Assembly (NCBI GenBank): GCA_963663275.1
Contig: OY760183.1
Coordinates: forward strand, 1,312,001 to 1,376,000
Direction of reading: 5' to 3'
DNA length: 64,000 nt
Source of the DNA: Chloroflexota bacterium
GTDB taxonomy: Bacteria > Chloroflexota > UBA11872 > VXOZ01
The translations under genes and the position numbers were made by a program. Below, one piece after another: positions 29,057 through 37,727 of this stretch. Numbering within the stretch: the first letter of the stretch is position 1; every line of letters starts with the position of its first letter. A model generated the notes under the pieces. It searched no databases. It had not been told where the DNA came from and saw nothing but the letters and a program-made list of their open reading frames with translations.

Positions 29057-29240
29057 CAATGGTGTCACGTTAAGGTAGCGCGGGGGCTTGTCCCCCGCCG
29101 GAGCAAGAGAACAAACACGCAAGGGATTGACCGTACAGAGACGCAGATTGCAAACGCTACCCTGAGCTTGTCGAAGGGCTGCATTACCGGAGATATGAAG
29201 CATGGTTTTCATTCACATTGCACTTATTGAGGCAGCATTG
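29057..29240. mobile_element. MITE-D copy
   Basis: CAATGGTGTCACGTTAA...TTATTGAGGCAGCATTG between GGGAGAAGCCC and GTGACAAGCCC. Confidence 0.7.
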
Positions 29241-29405
29241 GTGACAAGCCCCCGCGCTACGGCTGGTAAGCGTGGCTACAACGTGAATGTGGCAAGAGAA
29301 CATTAACTGTGTCCAAGCGCTTGGCTCTTGAACGAAAGAGGAGGTGTGCGCAGGATGAGCGCACACCTCTGTTTTCTTGACACGGTGCGAATGGACAGAG
29401 TGGCC

Positions 29406-30551
29406 TTAGCCTATAGCCTTGCGGCGGCTCCATTGCCACAGGAGCAGAGCGCCGGCGACGATCAGGGCCAGCGGCCAGGTGAAGTCAGAGATGAACGAGG
29501 GCAGGACGGAATCGATGAGCACGAGCGCGCCGAGCGCCAACATGCCGCCGCCAATCCACGCGCGCCACGCCGGTCGCGGCCCCGCGCGCTTGCGATGCAG
29601 CAATATGAACAGGCCGATACCCATTATCAAGAGCGAGCCGATCGCGCCGTCGGAAATCCAGAACGGGTTCAAGCTATCCAAGAAGGTGAGAATGCTGACG
29701 AGCACCAAGCCGCCGCCGACCCAGGTGCGCCAGGCCGGCCGGGGTTTGTCGTCGCTGCGATAGAAGAGCAAGAGCGCGCCAATCACGAGGATGACGAGAG
29801 ACTCAGGGGAGAACCAAAGCCAGTCTACGCTGTTCGCCAGCGCGATGGTTCCGACGACCAATAGGCCCGCGCCAAGCACGGGCAGCCAACGCTGCGCCGG
29901 TTTGGCGGTTGCGGGGCGGGCCTCCGCCTGGGGTTGCTCTTCCTCCAGGTCCTCTTCGCTGATGCCGAGGATTTCGTTTTCGAGTTCCTGTTCCTGGGCG
30001 CGCTTGGCGGCGGCGGGATCCGGCGGGCGCGGTTCTTGTTTGAAGGTATCCCGCACCCGGTCGCCGAACCGTTCCACCATGGGGTCTACGCGATTCGCCA
30101 CGTCCCTGAAGGTGTCGTCGGCGGCCGAGGTCAGACGGCCGCTCTCAGGCATGACCAGCCAGAAGATGGGGTAGGCCAGCAGCGTCAACCCGCCGCTGAT
30201 GAAGGTGGCAGCCACCCAGAGCACGCGCATGAGCGTCACGTCCATGCCGAGGTAGGCGGCAAGTCCGCCGCAGACGCCGGCCAACATGCGCTCGCCGCGG
30301 CTGCGGGTGAGGCGCTGGCCTAGGGGGGCGGCCTGCGCGTGGTGAGGCGCTTCCGGCATGACAATCCAACAAACGATATAGGCAAAGAGCGCCGCGCCGC
30401 CGGAGAGAAAGAACGCCAGTATCCAGAGCAGGCGCACGATGGTGGGGTCCCAATCGATGTACTCCGCCACGCCGCCGCAGACACCGGCGCAGGTGCGGTC
30501 CGTCCGGCTCCGCATGAGGCGCCGTACGGCGGGTTCTACCGTCTCCGTCAT
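29406..30551 (-). CDS. Envelope-stress membrane protein with tandem PspC domains and repeated C-terminal TM units
   Basis: Two 'RSR.dRm.AGVCGG.A.Y...D.T..R.LW' PspC domains; repeated 'PRPAWR.W.GGG' TM units; GAGGAG RBS. Confidence 0.88.
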   Translation of the reverse strand: MTETVEPAVRRLMRSRTDRTCAGVCGGVAEYIDWDPTIVRLLWILAFFLSGGAALFAYIVCWIVMPEAPHHAQAAPLGQRLTRSRGERMLAGVCGGLAAYLGMDVTLMRVLWVAATFISGGLTLLAYPIFWLVMPESGRLTSAADDTFRDVANRVDPMVERFGDRVRDTFKQEPRPPDPAAAKRAQEQELENEILGISEEDLEEEQPQAEARPATAKPAQRWLPVLGAGLLVVGTIALANSVDWLWFSPESLVILVIGALLLFYRSDDKPRPAWRTWVGGGLVLVSILTFLDSLNPFWISDGAIGSLLIMGIGLFILLHRKRAGPRPAWRAWIGGGMLALGALVLIDSVLPSFISDFTWPLALIVAGALLLWQWSRRKAIG

Positions 30552-30595
30552 CGCTCACTCCTCCTCATCGGTCAAGTCTAAACATACTCTTTACG

Positions 30596-30625
30596 ATTAT
30601 AAAACTCTCTCTGGCAATTAGTCAA
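30596..30625 (-). promoter_or_regulatory. Sigma70-type promoter of the PspC-domain gene
   Basis: Minus strand TTGACT-N18-TATAAT. Confidence 0.6.
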
Positions 30626-30725
30626 GTATTCTTAAGAGGAAAATAGCAAAAATCCGGTTGATATTGTTCTCCTCACCTCAGCCCACTCCCCGGGAAGACC
30701 TTTGAACAACCCCTTCCCCATTGAG

Positions 30726-30875
30726 GGCTGACAGGGGTATGTAAGTGTCATTCCGAGCGGAGCGAGGAATCTAGGGAAGATATTCTTGCAGGGTAAGCCT
30801 TAGATTCCTCTCTCCGCTGCGCTCCGTTCGGAATGACACGTGAAGTCGATTATAGAATGCATACCCCTGTCAGCC
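30726..30875. mobile_element. MITE-B copy with non-matching flanks
   Basis: GGCTGACAGGGGTA...TACCCCTGTCAGCC; left flank CATTGAG, right flank TCTCCCG. Confidence 0.75.
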
Positions 30876-30905
30876 TCTCCCGGGGGAAACCTTTGCGTAA
30901 CTCTG

Positions 30906-31916
30906 TCATTCCGGCGAAAGCCGGAAGGTGGATTCACATTTCAAGTGCAACACCTGGTTGATGAATACTTCGGCTGGCGTTTGGAAGTCAAGACACTTGC
31001 GCGGGGTGTGGTTGTAGGCGTGGACCAGTTGCGCAAAGCGTTGTTGGCTCACCTGTGCCAGGTCGGTCTTGCGCGGCAGCCGGCGCCGCAGGCGGCCGAT
31101 GGCGTTCTCGATGCCCCCTTTCTGCCAGGGCGAGTGGGTATCGCAGAAGAAGGTTTGGATGCCCAAGTCATGGAGGCGGTAATGCTGTGCGAACTCCGTG
31201 CCATTGTCGAACGTGACGGTCTGGCTGCACGCTGGGGGCAGCGCGGCGAACAGGTCGTGCAGGATAGTGGCGATCGGCGCTGCCGCCTTGCCGGGCGGTC
31301 GCGCGGCCAGCAACAGGCGCGAGTGGCGCTCGTGCAGGGTCAAGACTGCTTGACCGTAGGTGCGAAAGAGCATCAGGTCCGCCTCCCAGTGGCCGGGCGT
31401 TTGGCGGTCTGCCGCCGCCTGGGGCCGTTCTGCCAGCGGTCGGCGCTGGGCAATGAACGAGGCCGGACTGCCGCCCTTTCGCCCGCGCCAGCCCCGTTTG
31501 GACTTGGCGCGCGGCAGGTAATGCCGCCAGTTACCGTCCTTCGTGCGCGCCTGCTGCCCGTAGATGAAGCGATAGATGGTCTCGTGAGAGACGACCGGCG
31601 CGCCGTTCTCCCGCGCCAAACGTCCGGATACCTGCTCCGGCGACCAACAATCCCGCAAGTATCCCAACACCACCTCCCGCAACTCGGCATCCCGCTCCAG
31701 CTTGCTGCCGCGCCAGCACCGCGCCCACGCCTGATCATCGGCATACTTTGGCTCATAGCCTGCCGATTGCGATCCATTTCGTTTCACCTCCCGCGAAATC
31801 GTCGATGGCGCGCGACCCAGAGTTGCAGCGATTTGCCGGTGCGAGGTTCTCGCGGTGAGAAGTCGGGCAATTTCACACCGCTCTTCAATGGTAAGTTGTG
31901 TGTATTGTTTTCCCAT
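30906..31916 (-). CDS. IS30-family transposase
   Basis: HTH (STISREVKRN), WSPEQ, SHETIY, GHWEAD, FDNGTEF, SPWQKG.IEN, N.TPRKCL. Confidence 0.95.
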   Translation of the reverse strand: MGKQYTQLTIEERCEIARLLTARTSHRQIAATLGRAPSTISREVKRNGSQSAGYEPKYADDQAWARCWRGSKLERDAELREVVLGYLRDCWSPEQVSGRLARENGAPVVSHETIYRFIYGQQARTKDGNWRHYLPRAKSKRGWRGRKGGSPASFIAQRRPLAERPQAAADRQTPGHWEADLMLFRTYGQAVLTLHERHSRLLLAARPPGKAAAPIATILHDLFAALPPACSQTVTFDNGTEFAQHYRLHDLGIQTFFCDTHSPWQKGGIENAIGRLRRRLPRKTDLAQVSQQRFAQLVHAYNHTPRKCLDFQTPAEVFINQVLHLKCESTFRLSPE

Positions 31917-31960
31917 GGCAACACCTTAGCAAAGTGTTGCACTTCGTTTGTGAGTCTAGG
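30927..31960 (-). mobile_element. IS30-family insertion sequence inserted in a REP inside a MITE-A (~30886-32061)
   Basis: Imperfect IRs GGTGGATTCACATTTCAAGTGCAACAC / GTGTTGCACTTCGTTTGTGAGTCTAGG; 3-bp TSD GAA at 30924-30926 and 31961-31963. Confidence 0.88.
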
Positions 31961-32205
31961 GAATCCAGACTGCATTTGCAACTGAAGGCAGTGTGATGTC
32001 AAACCTTTTCACCCCCATCCCAGCCTTCCCCCTCAGTGGGGAAGGGGTTTTGCCAAGGTATCCCGGGAGAGGCTGACAGGTGGGGTGAACCTTCTGTGCG
32101 GGGCGCGTGGTGTTACAATGGCCGCAACGGTCAATGCCGGACAGGGCTGCGCACGCGGCCGGCCTTGCGCAACGAACGCCGACAGAAGAAGGAGAGAGCA
32201 TTCAG

Positions 32206-33195
32206 ATGAACGCTGCTGCCGACCAAACGACGTATTCAGGGGCGGATGAAGAAATCTTCAAGCGCGCTTTCTCGGACCCGATTATCGAGAACGAGATGGT
32301 CTATCCCGCGCTGACGACGCTCGACTGCATCTACAACGCCAATGCAACGCTGATCATGCCGGTGGAGCATTTCTTCACGGCGTATGAAGACCTGGAGATC
32401 GAGGAGGCGGAGCCGCTGACGCTGGACGGCGGGGCTACCCGCCTCTTGCGCGTCACGTACACGCTGGGCGGCGCCACGTACCACGGACACGCCTACGCGC
32501 CGGCAGACCCGCAGACCGGCCAACCCGCGTCGCTGATCATCCCGGGCAGCGGACTCAATTGCTCCGAACCGATCTACCGCAACGATCCGCAGAGCTACCA
32601 CTACGGCATTATCGACGCGCTGGGCGCGGGCATCACGAACTACGTCTTCATCAAGCCCAACGAGGATTGCCTGGCCTTCCACAACGGCGCGGGCAAGGTC
32701 ACGGGCGACTTCTTCATCAACTGGCTGCTGAATAACGCCACGTCCTATTCAGCCGCGTACATCGTGAGCGCGATGGCCATCACCAAGTACCTCCAAGGGC
32801 GGCACGACAAAGTGGTGGTAGCCGGTCTCTCGCAAGGCGGCGGCGCGGCGCTGCTGACCTCATTGCAGGCGCGGCCCACCGCCGCGGTCATCGCCTCCGG
32901 TTTTTCCGTCATCATGGAGCGCATCCACTGGTCGGGCCACAACCAGATCATCATCCCCGGCATCGGCCAGGACTACAGCAACGAGAACGTGCGGGAGAAG
33001 ATCAAGGCCTCGCCGACGCAGTTCCTCTTCACCTACGGCCGGCAGGAAAGCGTCATCTACCGCATCGAGGCGGAAGAGCGCCTAAGCTGCGATTTCCTCG
33101 CCAATTGCCCCAACGTGCGCTGCGAATCCCACGACGAGGGCCACATCTTCCACGAGGCGATCACCAGCGACTTCCTGCGCGGTCTGGGCATGTGA
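32206..33195 (+). CDS. Alpha/beta-hydrolase-like protein
   Basis: Nucleophile elbow GLSQGG, late GH; AAGGAG RBS. Confidence 0.65.
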   Translation: MNAAADQTTYSGADEEIFKRAFSDPIIENEMVYPALTTLDCIYNANATLIMPVEHFFTAYEDLEIEEAEPLTLDGGATRLLRVTYTLGGATYHGHAYAPADPQTGQPASLIIPGSGLNCSEPIYRNDPQSYHYGIIDALGAGITNYVFIKPNEDCLAFHNGAGKVTGDFFINWLLNNATSYSAAYIVSAMAITKYLQGRHDKVVVAGLSQGGGAALLTSLQARPTAAVIASGFSVIMERIHWSGHNQIIIPGIGQDYSNENVREKIKASPTQFLFTYGRQESVIYRIEAEERLSCDFLANCPNVRCESHDEGHIFHEAITSDFLRGLGM

Positions 33196-33203
33196 GCCGT
33201 CTG

Positions 33204-33809
33204 ATGCCGATAGCACGCAACAACGTAGACGGAACGGGGTTCAACCAGCGGTTGAGACTGCCATTTGAGTTGCGCGTACAGGACTTTCAAATGGCTATGC
33301 AGGACGTCTATGACTTTCTCTATGACGTCAATTCTCATCTCACCGGCAGGGGGCTGCAGCGGCTCGACGACATGCTGCGCCCCGCGATACTTTCGGGAGT
33401 TTTGTCAGACATTCTGACGGCCAGCCTGGCGAAGCATTCCCGCGTTCTCCGGGAAAACCGGTACCACAACGGACACCCGGACTTGGTTGTGCAAGGGGTT
33501 TACCCCCGTAACGCGGTCAAGGCGGGCACGGAGGGGGTGGAGGTCAAGACGACCCGGAAGGCCGGAGGCGCGGTTGACACTCACGGCGCGCGCGAGCAGT
33601 GGATGTGCGTCTTCGTCTACCGCGTGGACGTGGAGTCCGAACCGGCGCTCGAGCGCGCGCCGATGACGTTTACCGAGGTCTATCTTGGACACGTCACGAT
33701 CGAGGACTTTCGCAGAAATCCACGCAGCGAACTTGGCACCCGCACCGCGACGCTCCACAGGGACGGCATTCGGAAGTTGAGACAGAGTTGGGTCTATCGC
33801 GTGGATTGA
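33204..33809 (+). CDS. Putative type II restriction endonuclease (PD-(D/E)xK)
   Basis: GHPDL...VEVKT; convergent and overlapping with the MTase; alternative GTG start at 33192. Confidence 0.72.
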   Translation: MPIARNNVDGTGFNQRLRLPFELRVQDFQMAMQDVYDFLYDVNSHLTGRGLQRLDDMLRPAILSGVLSDILTASLAKHSRVLRENRYHNGHPDLVVQGVYPRNAVKAGTEGVEVKTTRKAGGAVDTHGAREQWMCVFVYRVDVESEPALERAPMTFTEVYLGHVTIEDFRRNPRSELGTRTATLHRDGIRKLRQSWVYRVD

Positions 33810-34951
33810 ACGCCGTTGGGAGAGTATTGGATCAGCTTCGGGATGGCGTCGCTCGCGATTGCAAAGTAGCGTTCATCCTTCTCAACGCCGATGCTCGTGT
33901 AGCCTACGGCCTCCGCGGCGGCTAAGGTTGAGCCCGCGCCCGCGAATGGATCGAGGACGATGCCTTCGTCCAGCGGCAGCGCCGCGCGTACGAGTTGGCG
34001 CAAGAAGGACTGCGGCTTGAGGCTGGGGTGTGGCGCCAGGTCGCGTTCGGCTTTCCGGGTTGGCGCGGAAGCAATCACGTCGCCAAAGGGCTTGTCATCG
34101 CTTGGCCGGCGGAAGCCGCCGGTCTTCCACCGCCGCAGGTTGTCCTGCACTCTGCCTTCGATCGGTTTGCGGTACACGAGCCAGGGTTCCCACATCGAAC
34201 GGGGCATGACGCTTACGTCGGCAAACTCGTTGTGGGCCGCTTTGGGGCGATCGCCGCCGCGCATCGTCATCGTCAGCCGCACGATTTCGCCGCGCCGCTC
34301 CAGGCCGGCTTCCGCCAGCGCCGCCGAGACCAGGTACGAGACGAGAGGGTTGGACGCGACGATGACGTGCGCGCCCGGGACCAATTTCGGCAGCAGTAGG
34401 CGCGCCCACACGAAGAAGAAGGCTCTGATTTGCTTGAGTTGCTCGTCGGTGAGCGTGGTAAAGCGGGGCACGGGAGAGCGCAAATGGCCGTCGAATGACG
34501 GCGGCAAACGCCAGACGCCGCCTCTGCCCTTGCGCAGTTTCGCTTGCTGCTCGTCCGTGTATTCATGAAGTCCGTACGGCGGATCCGTGACAACGGCGTG
34601 AATGCTATTGTCCGGCTGCTGTCCCAGCCAATCGAAGCAGTCGGCGTGATGCAGCGTGGCGCGGCCAAAGGCGACCGGAGGCTCGAAGGTTCGCGCCGGA
34701 GGCATTGCCCGCTGTATGGCGGCATCCGGGACCTGGCGCAGTGTGTACACTCCCCGTTCTTCGCGCGCGAACAGGTGCGGCGTGTTCAGGCGGAGATAGG
34801 AGCGAACGGAGGACTCTTTGACCGGCCCGACGACTTGGGAGACGCGGTCGCCGATCTCCTTAGCCGTCAGACCCTTCGAGGTAAACGACATTACCTGTAG
34901 GATGCCGTCGCGCACTCGTCCGGGCGCGCGCCTGTTTTGGCTCTCTTCCAT
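33794..34951 (-). CDS. N4/N6 DNA methyltransferase (beta class) with N-terminal HTH-like domain
   Basis: TDPPY precedes HPSLKP and LDPFAGAGST; N-terminal LTAKEI..RV...KESSVRSYL. Confidence 0.9.
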   Translation of the reverse strand: MEESQNRRAPGRVRDGILQVMSFTSKGLTAKEIGDRVSQVVGPVKESSVRSYLRLNTPHLFAREERGVYTLRQVPDAAIQRAMPPARTFEPPVAFGRATLHHADCFDWLGQQPDNSIHAVVTDPPYGLHEYTDEQQAKLRKGRGGVWRLPPSFDGHLRSPVPRFTTLTDEQLKQIRAFFFVWARLLLPKLVPGAHVIVASNPLVSYLVSAALAEAGLERRGEIVRLTMTMRGGDRPKAAHNEFADVSVMPRSMWEPWLVYRKPIEGRVQDNLRRWKTGGFRRPSDDKPFGDVIASAPTRKAERDLAPHPSLKPQSFLRQLVRAALPLDEGIVLDPFAGAGSTLAAAEAVGYTSIGVEKDERYFAIASDAIPKLIQYSPNGVQSTR

Positions 34952-34961
34952 AGTGTTCTCA

Positions 34962-34990
34962 AGTATAGACGTCTGGACGTCTTTCGTCAA
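34962..34990 (-). promoter_or_regulatory. MTase promoter with two GACGTC palindromes in the spacer
   Basis: Minus strand TTGACG-AAAGACGTCCAGACGTC(17)-TATACT, 10 nt before ATG 34951. Confidence 0.75.
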
Positions 34991-35047
34991 GAAGACGCGC
35001 GCCCGTTTTCAGCGTAATCGCCTTTTGTACGGTTAGGTTAAAGGGGA

Positions 35048-35938
35048 TCAGGAAATTGCGACGAACGTCTCCAGGGCGACGAAGATGAAGAACACCGCCG
35101 AGAGGGAGCTATTGACGTGGAAGAAGGCGGTGTTGACGCGGGTGAGGTCGCGGGGGGTGACGAGCAGGTGTTCCCAGACGAGCAAGGCGGTGGTGGCGGC
35201 CACGCCGAGCCAGTAGAAGAGGCCCAGGCCGAGCAGCGCGCCCACGGCCGCCAGGCAGAGCGCGGTGACGGTGTGGGAGACGGCGGAACAGATTAGCGCG
35301 CCCGGGATGCCGAATCGGGCCGGGACGGAATAGAGGCCCTCGCGCAGGTCGACCTCGTAGTCCTGGCAGGCGTAGATCATGTCGAAGCCGGCCATCCAGG
35401 TTACCACCGCCGCGCCCAAGAGCACCGTGCTCCACGCGAATTCGCCGGTGACGGCAATCCAGCCGCCCATGGGGGCCATGGAGCCGGATACGCCCAGCGC
35501 GAAGTGGCTGAGCCAGGTGAAGCGCTTGGTGTAGGAGTAGAACACCAGCCAGAAGATCGCCACCGGCGAGAGCAGCGCGCAGAGCGGGTTGAGCATGGCC
35601 GCCGCGAGCACCATCAGCGCCAGGTTGAAGATGCTCGCGCCCCACATGAATCGCGGCGTGAGGATGCCGCGCGGCAGGGCGCGGATGGCGGTGCGCGGGT
35701 TGCGGCTGTCCAGGTGGCGGTCGATGATGCGGTTGAGAGACATGGCGGCGGTCCGGCCCGCGGTCATGGCCACGGTGACCCAGATGAATTGCCACCAGGT
35801 GGGCCAGCCGCCAGCCGCCAGCAGCATGGCGAGATAGGCGAACGGCAGCGTGAAGGCCGCGTGTTCGATCTTGATCGCTTCCAGGAAGACCGGCACTTTG
35901 CGTAGGATTGACCCCATGGAGGCGGACGTTGCGCTCAT
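35048..35938 (-). CDS. ubiA: UbiA-family polyprenyltransferase (MqnP-like)
   Basis: NRIIDRHLDSRNPRT, YSYTKRFT, GFD.IYACQD. Confidence 0.9.
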   Translation of the reverse strand: MSATSASMGSILRKVPVFLEAIKIEHAAFTLPFAYLAMLLAAGGWPTWWQFIWVTVAMTAGRTAAMSLNRIIDRHLDSRNPRTAIRALPRGILTPRFMWGASIFNLALMVLAAAMLNPLCALLSPVAIFWLVFYSYTKRFTWLSHFALGVSGSMAPMGGWIAVTGEFAWSTVLLGAAVVTWMAGFDMIYACQDYEVDLREGLYSVPARFGIPGALICSAVSHTVTALCLAAVGALLGLGLFYWLGVAATTALLVWEHLLVTPRDLTRVNTAFFHVNSSLSAVFFIFVALETFVAIS

Positions 35939-36289
35939 GGCGGTTTTCTAACTCAACCTTTAGCTATGCGTGGATTTGAGAGCGAAAGCCACATTTCACG
36001 AGCCTCTTCTGTTCCGGCGCCGGCGGGGGACAAGCCCCCGCGCTACGTTAATGCGACAGCATTGGGGACAAGCCCCCGCGCTACGTTGACGTGACAGCAT
36101 TTGGGGTAAGTCTCCGGGCTACGTGTTATTTTCCGGTGTCGCGCTAAGAGGGCAGGATTGAAACCTGCGCTACGGTTGCCAGTTGCCCCGGTTCCCGATT
36201 GTTAGAAGTCCGTTCCACGCCGGTAGGGGCACGACATGTCGTGCCCCTACCGGCGCATTGATGCGCGCGGGGCAGCGCGGGTGGCAGGC

Positions 36290-36877
36290 TCATGCGTCGA
36301 GCATCTCCGCCAGCAGTGTCTCCATGGTCGCAAGCGGCAGCGGGCCGATGAACTTGGCGGCAATCGTGCCGTCCGGTGTAATGAAGAAGGTTTCCGGAAT
36401 GCCGGAGACGCCGTACTCGATGGCGATCTTGCCGTTGGGATCGGGCCCGCTGGGGTAGGTCTGGCCGTAGACCTTGCGGAACTCGGCCGCGCTGGCTTCA
36501 GAGTCCCACAGGTTGACGCCCAGGACGACCACGCCGCGGTTCCGGTAGCGCACGTGGGTTTCCTCCAGCGTGGGCGCCTCGGCGCGGCAGGGGGCGCACC
36601 AGGAGGCCCAGAAGTTCACGACCACCGCCTGGCCGCGCAAGTCGCTCAAGCGCACCACGCGCCCGTCGCTCAGCGTCAGGGCAAAGTCCGGCGCGGGCCG
36701 GTTGTCCTGGCGGATGAGAGTCGGCTCCAGGTTGACGCCGGGCGAAAAGCCTCCCAGTTGGCCGCTTTGCGTCAGCGTGTAGTAGAGCAGCGCCAGCAGC
36801 CCCGCGATCATCGCCGCGAAGAGCGGTACCAGGATGTAGCGCAGCGGAATGCCGCGCGGCGGCCCGGCGGCCCTCAC
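36290..36877 (-). CDS. TlpA/ResA-family thiol-disulfide oxidoreductase, membrane anchored
   Basis: N-terminal TM; NFWASWCAPC; GIPETFFI; GTGA overlap with the upstream gene. Confidence 0.9.
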   Translation of the reverse strand: MRAAGPPRGIPLRYILVPLFAAMIAGLLALLYYTLTQSGQLGGFSPGVNLEPTLIRQDNRPAPDFALTLSDGRVVRLSDLRGQAVVVNFWASWCAPCRAEAPTLEETHVRYRNRGVVVLGVNLWDSEASAAEFRKVYGQTYPSGPDPNGKIAIEYGVSGIPETFFITPDGTIAAKFIGPLPLATMETLLAEMLDA

Positions 36878-37677
36878 TGCACGATCTCCCAGATACGCTC
36901 GACCAGATAGGCGAGGTCGTCGCCGCGAAAGACGGCGGTGCGCCCGTCGAGCCGCTCCTGCCGCCGGGAACTGAAGACCGTCCGGTCCCAGACCTCGGTT
37001 TGCGCGACGGTAACCTGAATCTCGAAAGGCGGCTCCAGCGCCAACGGCGCCGGCAGGGAACCGGCGGTGAGCGCGCCGCGCACTGCTTCGCCAAGTTCCT
37101 CGCGCACCGCTGCCGGGATGCGCAGTTTGGCGGCCTGGAAGCCAAAACCCCACTTGGTCGTGCACGCGCGCGCGCCGGGCAGCAGCGCCTCGGCCTCTGC
37201 GCAGGCGTGATTGTCGCCGCTTACCAGCGCCACCGGCACGTTGTGCGCGCCGCAGAGGGCGGCGTGGATGCCAATCGTTCCCAGGCCCAACCCGTTTGCC
37301 AGCACACGTGAAATCTCCGGGGCAAGCGTTTGGCAGAGCACCGCGCCCCACGTGCCGGCCTTGGCCGGGTGCCCCAGCAGGATGGCGGCGTCCGCGCCGG
37401 CAAGCTCGGGAAACCGCACCTGCCGCTGCTCGCCAAAGACGTACGTTGCGCCGGGATGCAGCCGGTCTTCGTGAAACGGCACGAGTCCGGTGGCGTCGTG
37501 CACGATGATTTCCTGCGCGCCGGCCTGCTGCGCGCCGGTCACCGCGGCCGCTATTTCCCGCGCCATGAGCGTGCGCGCTTCCTCATAGAGGAACGGGGCT
37601 TCACTCCGCGGGTCTATCTGGTCGCGATGGACGACGCCGGCGGTACCGGCGAAGAGGGAGATGATGACGACTTTCAC
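36874..37677 (-). CDS. M55 (DppA D-aminopeptidase) fold protein lacking the canonical metal ligands
   Basis: Collinear with DppA (GA.EI.V.D, HNVPVALVSGD, TK.G.G); GTG 37677 or TTG 37695 start. Confidence 0.75.
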   Translation of the reverse strand: MKVVIISLFAGTAGVVHRDQIDPRSEAPFLYEEARTLMAREIAAAVTGAQQAGAQEIIVHDATGLVPFHEDRLHPGATYVFGEQRQVRFPELAGADAAILLGHPAKAGTWGAVLCQTLAPEISRVLANGLGLGTIGIHAALCGAHNVPVALVSGDNHACAEAEALLPGARACTTKWGFGFQAAKLRIPAAVREELGEAVRGALTAGSLPAPLALEPPFEIQVTVAQTEVWDRTVFSSRRQERLDGRTAVFRGDDLAYLVERIWEIVQ

Positions 37678-37727
37678 GTAAGAGTCTCTTGGCAAACGCG
37701 GTGCAACGTGCTTCTCCGGGCGCGTGA

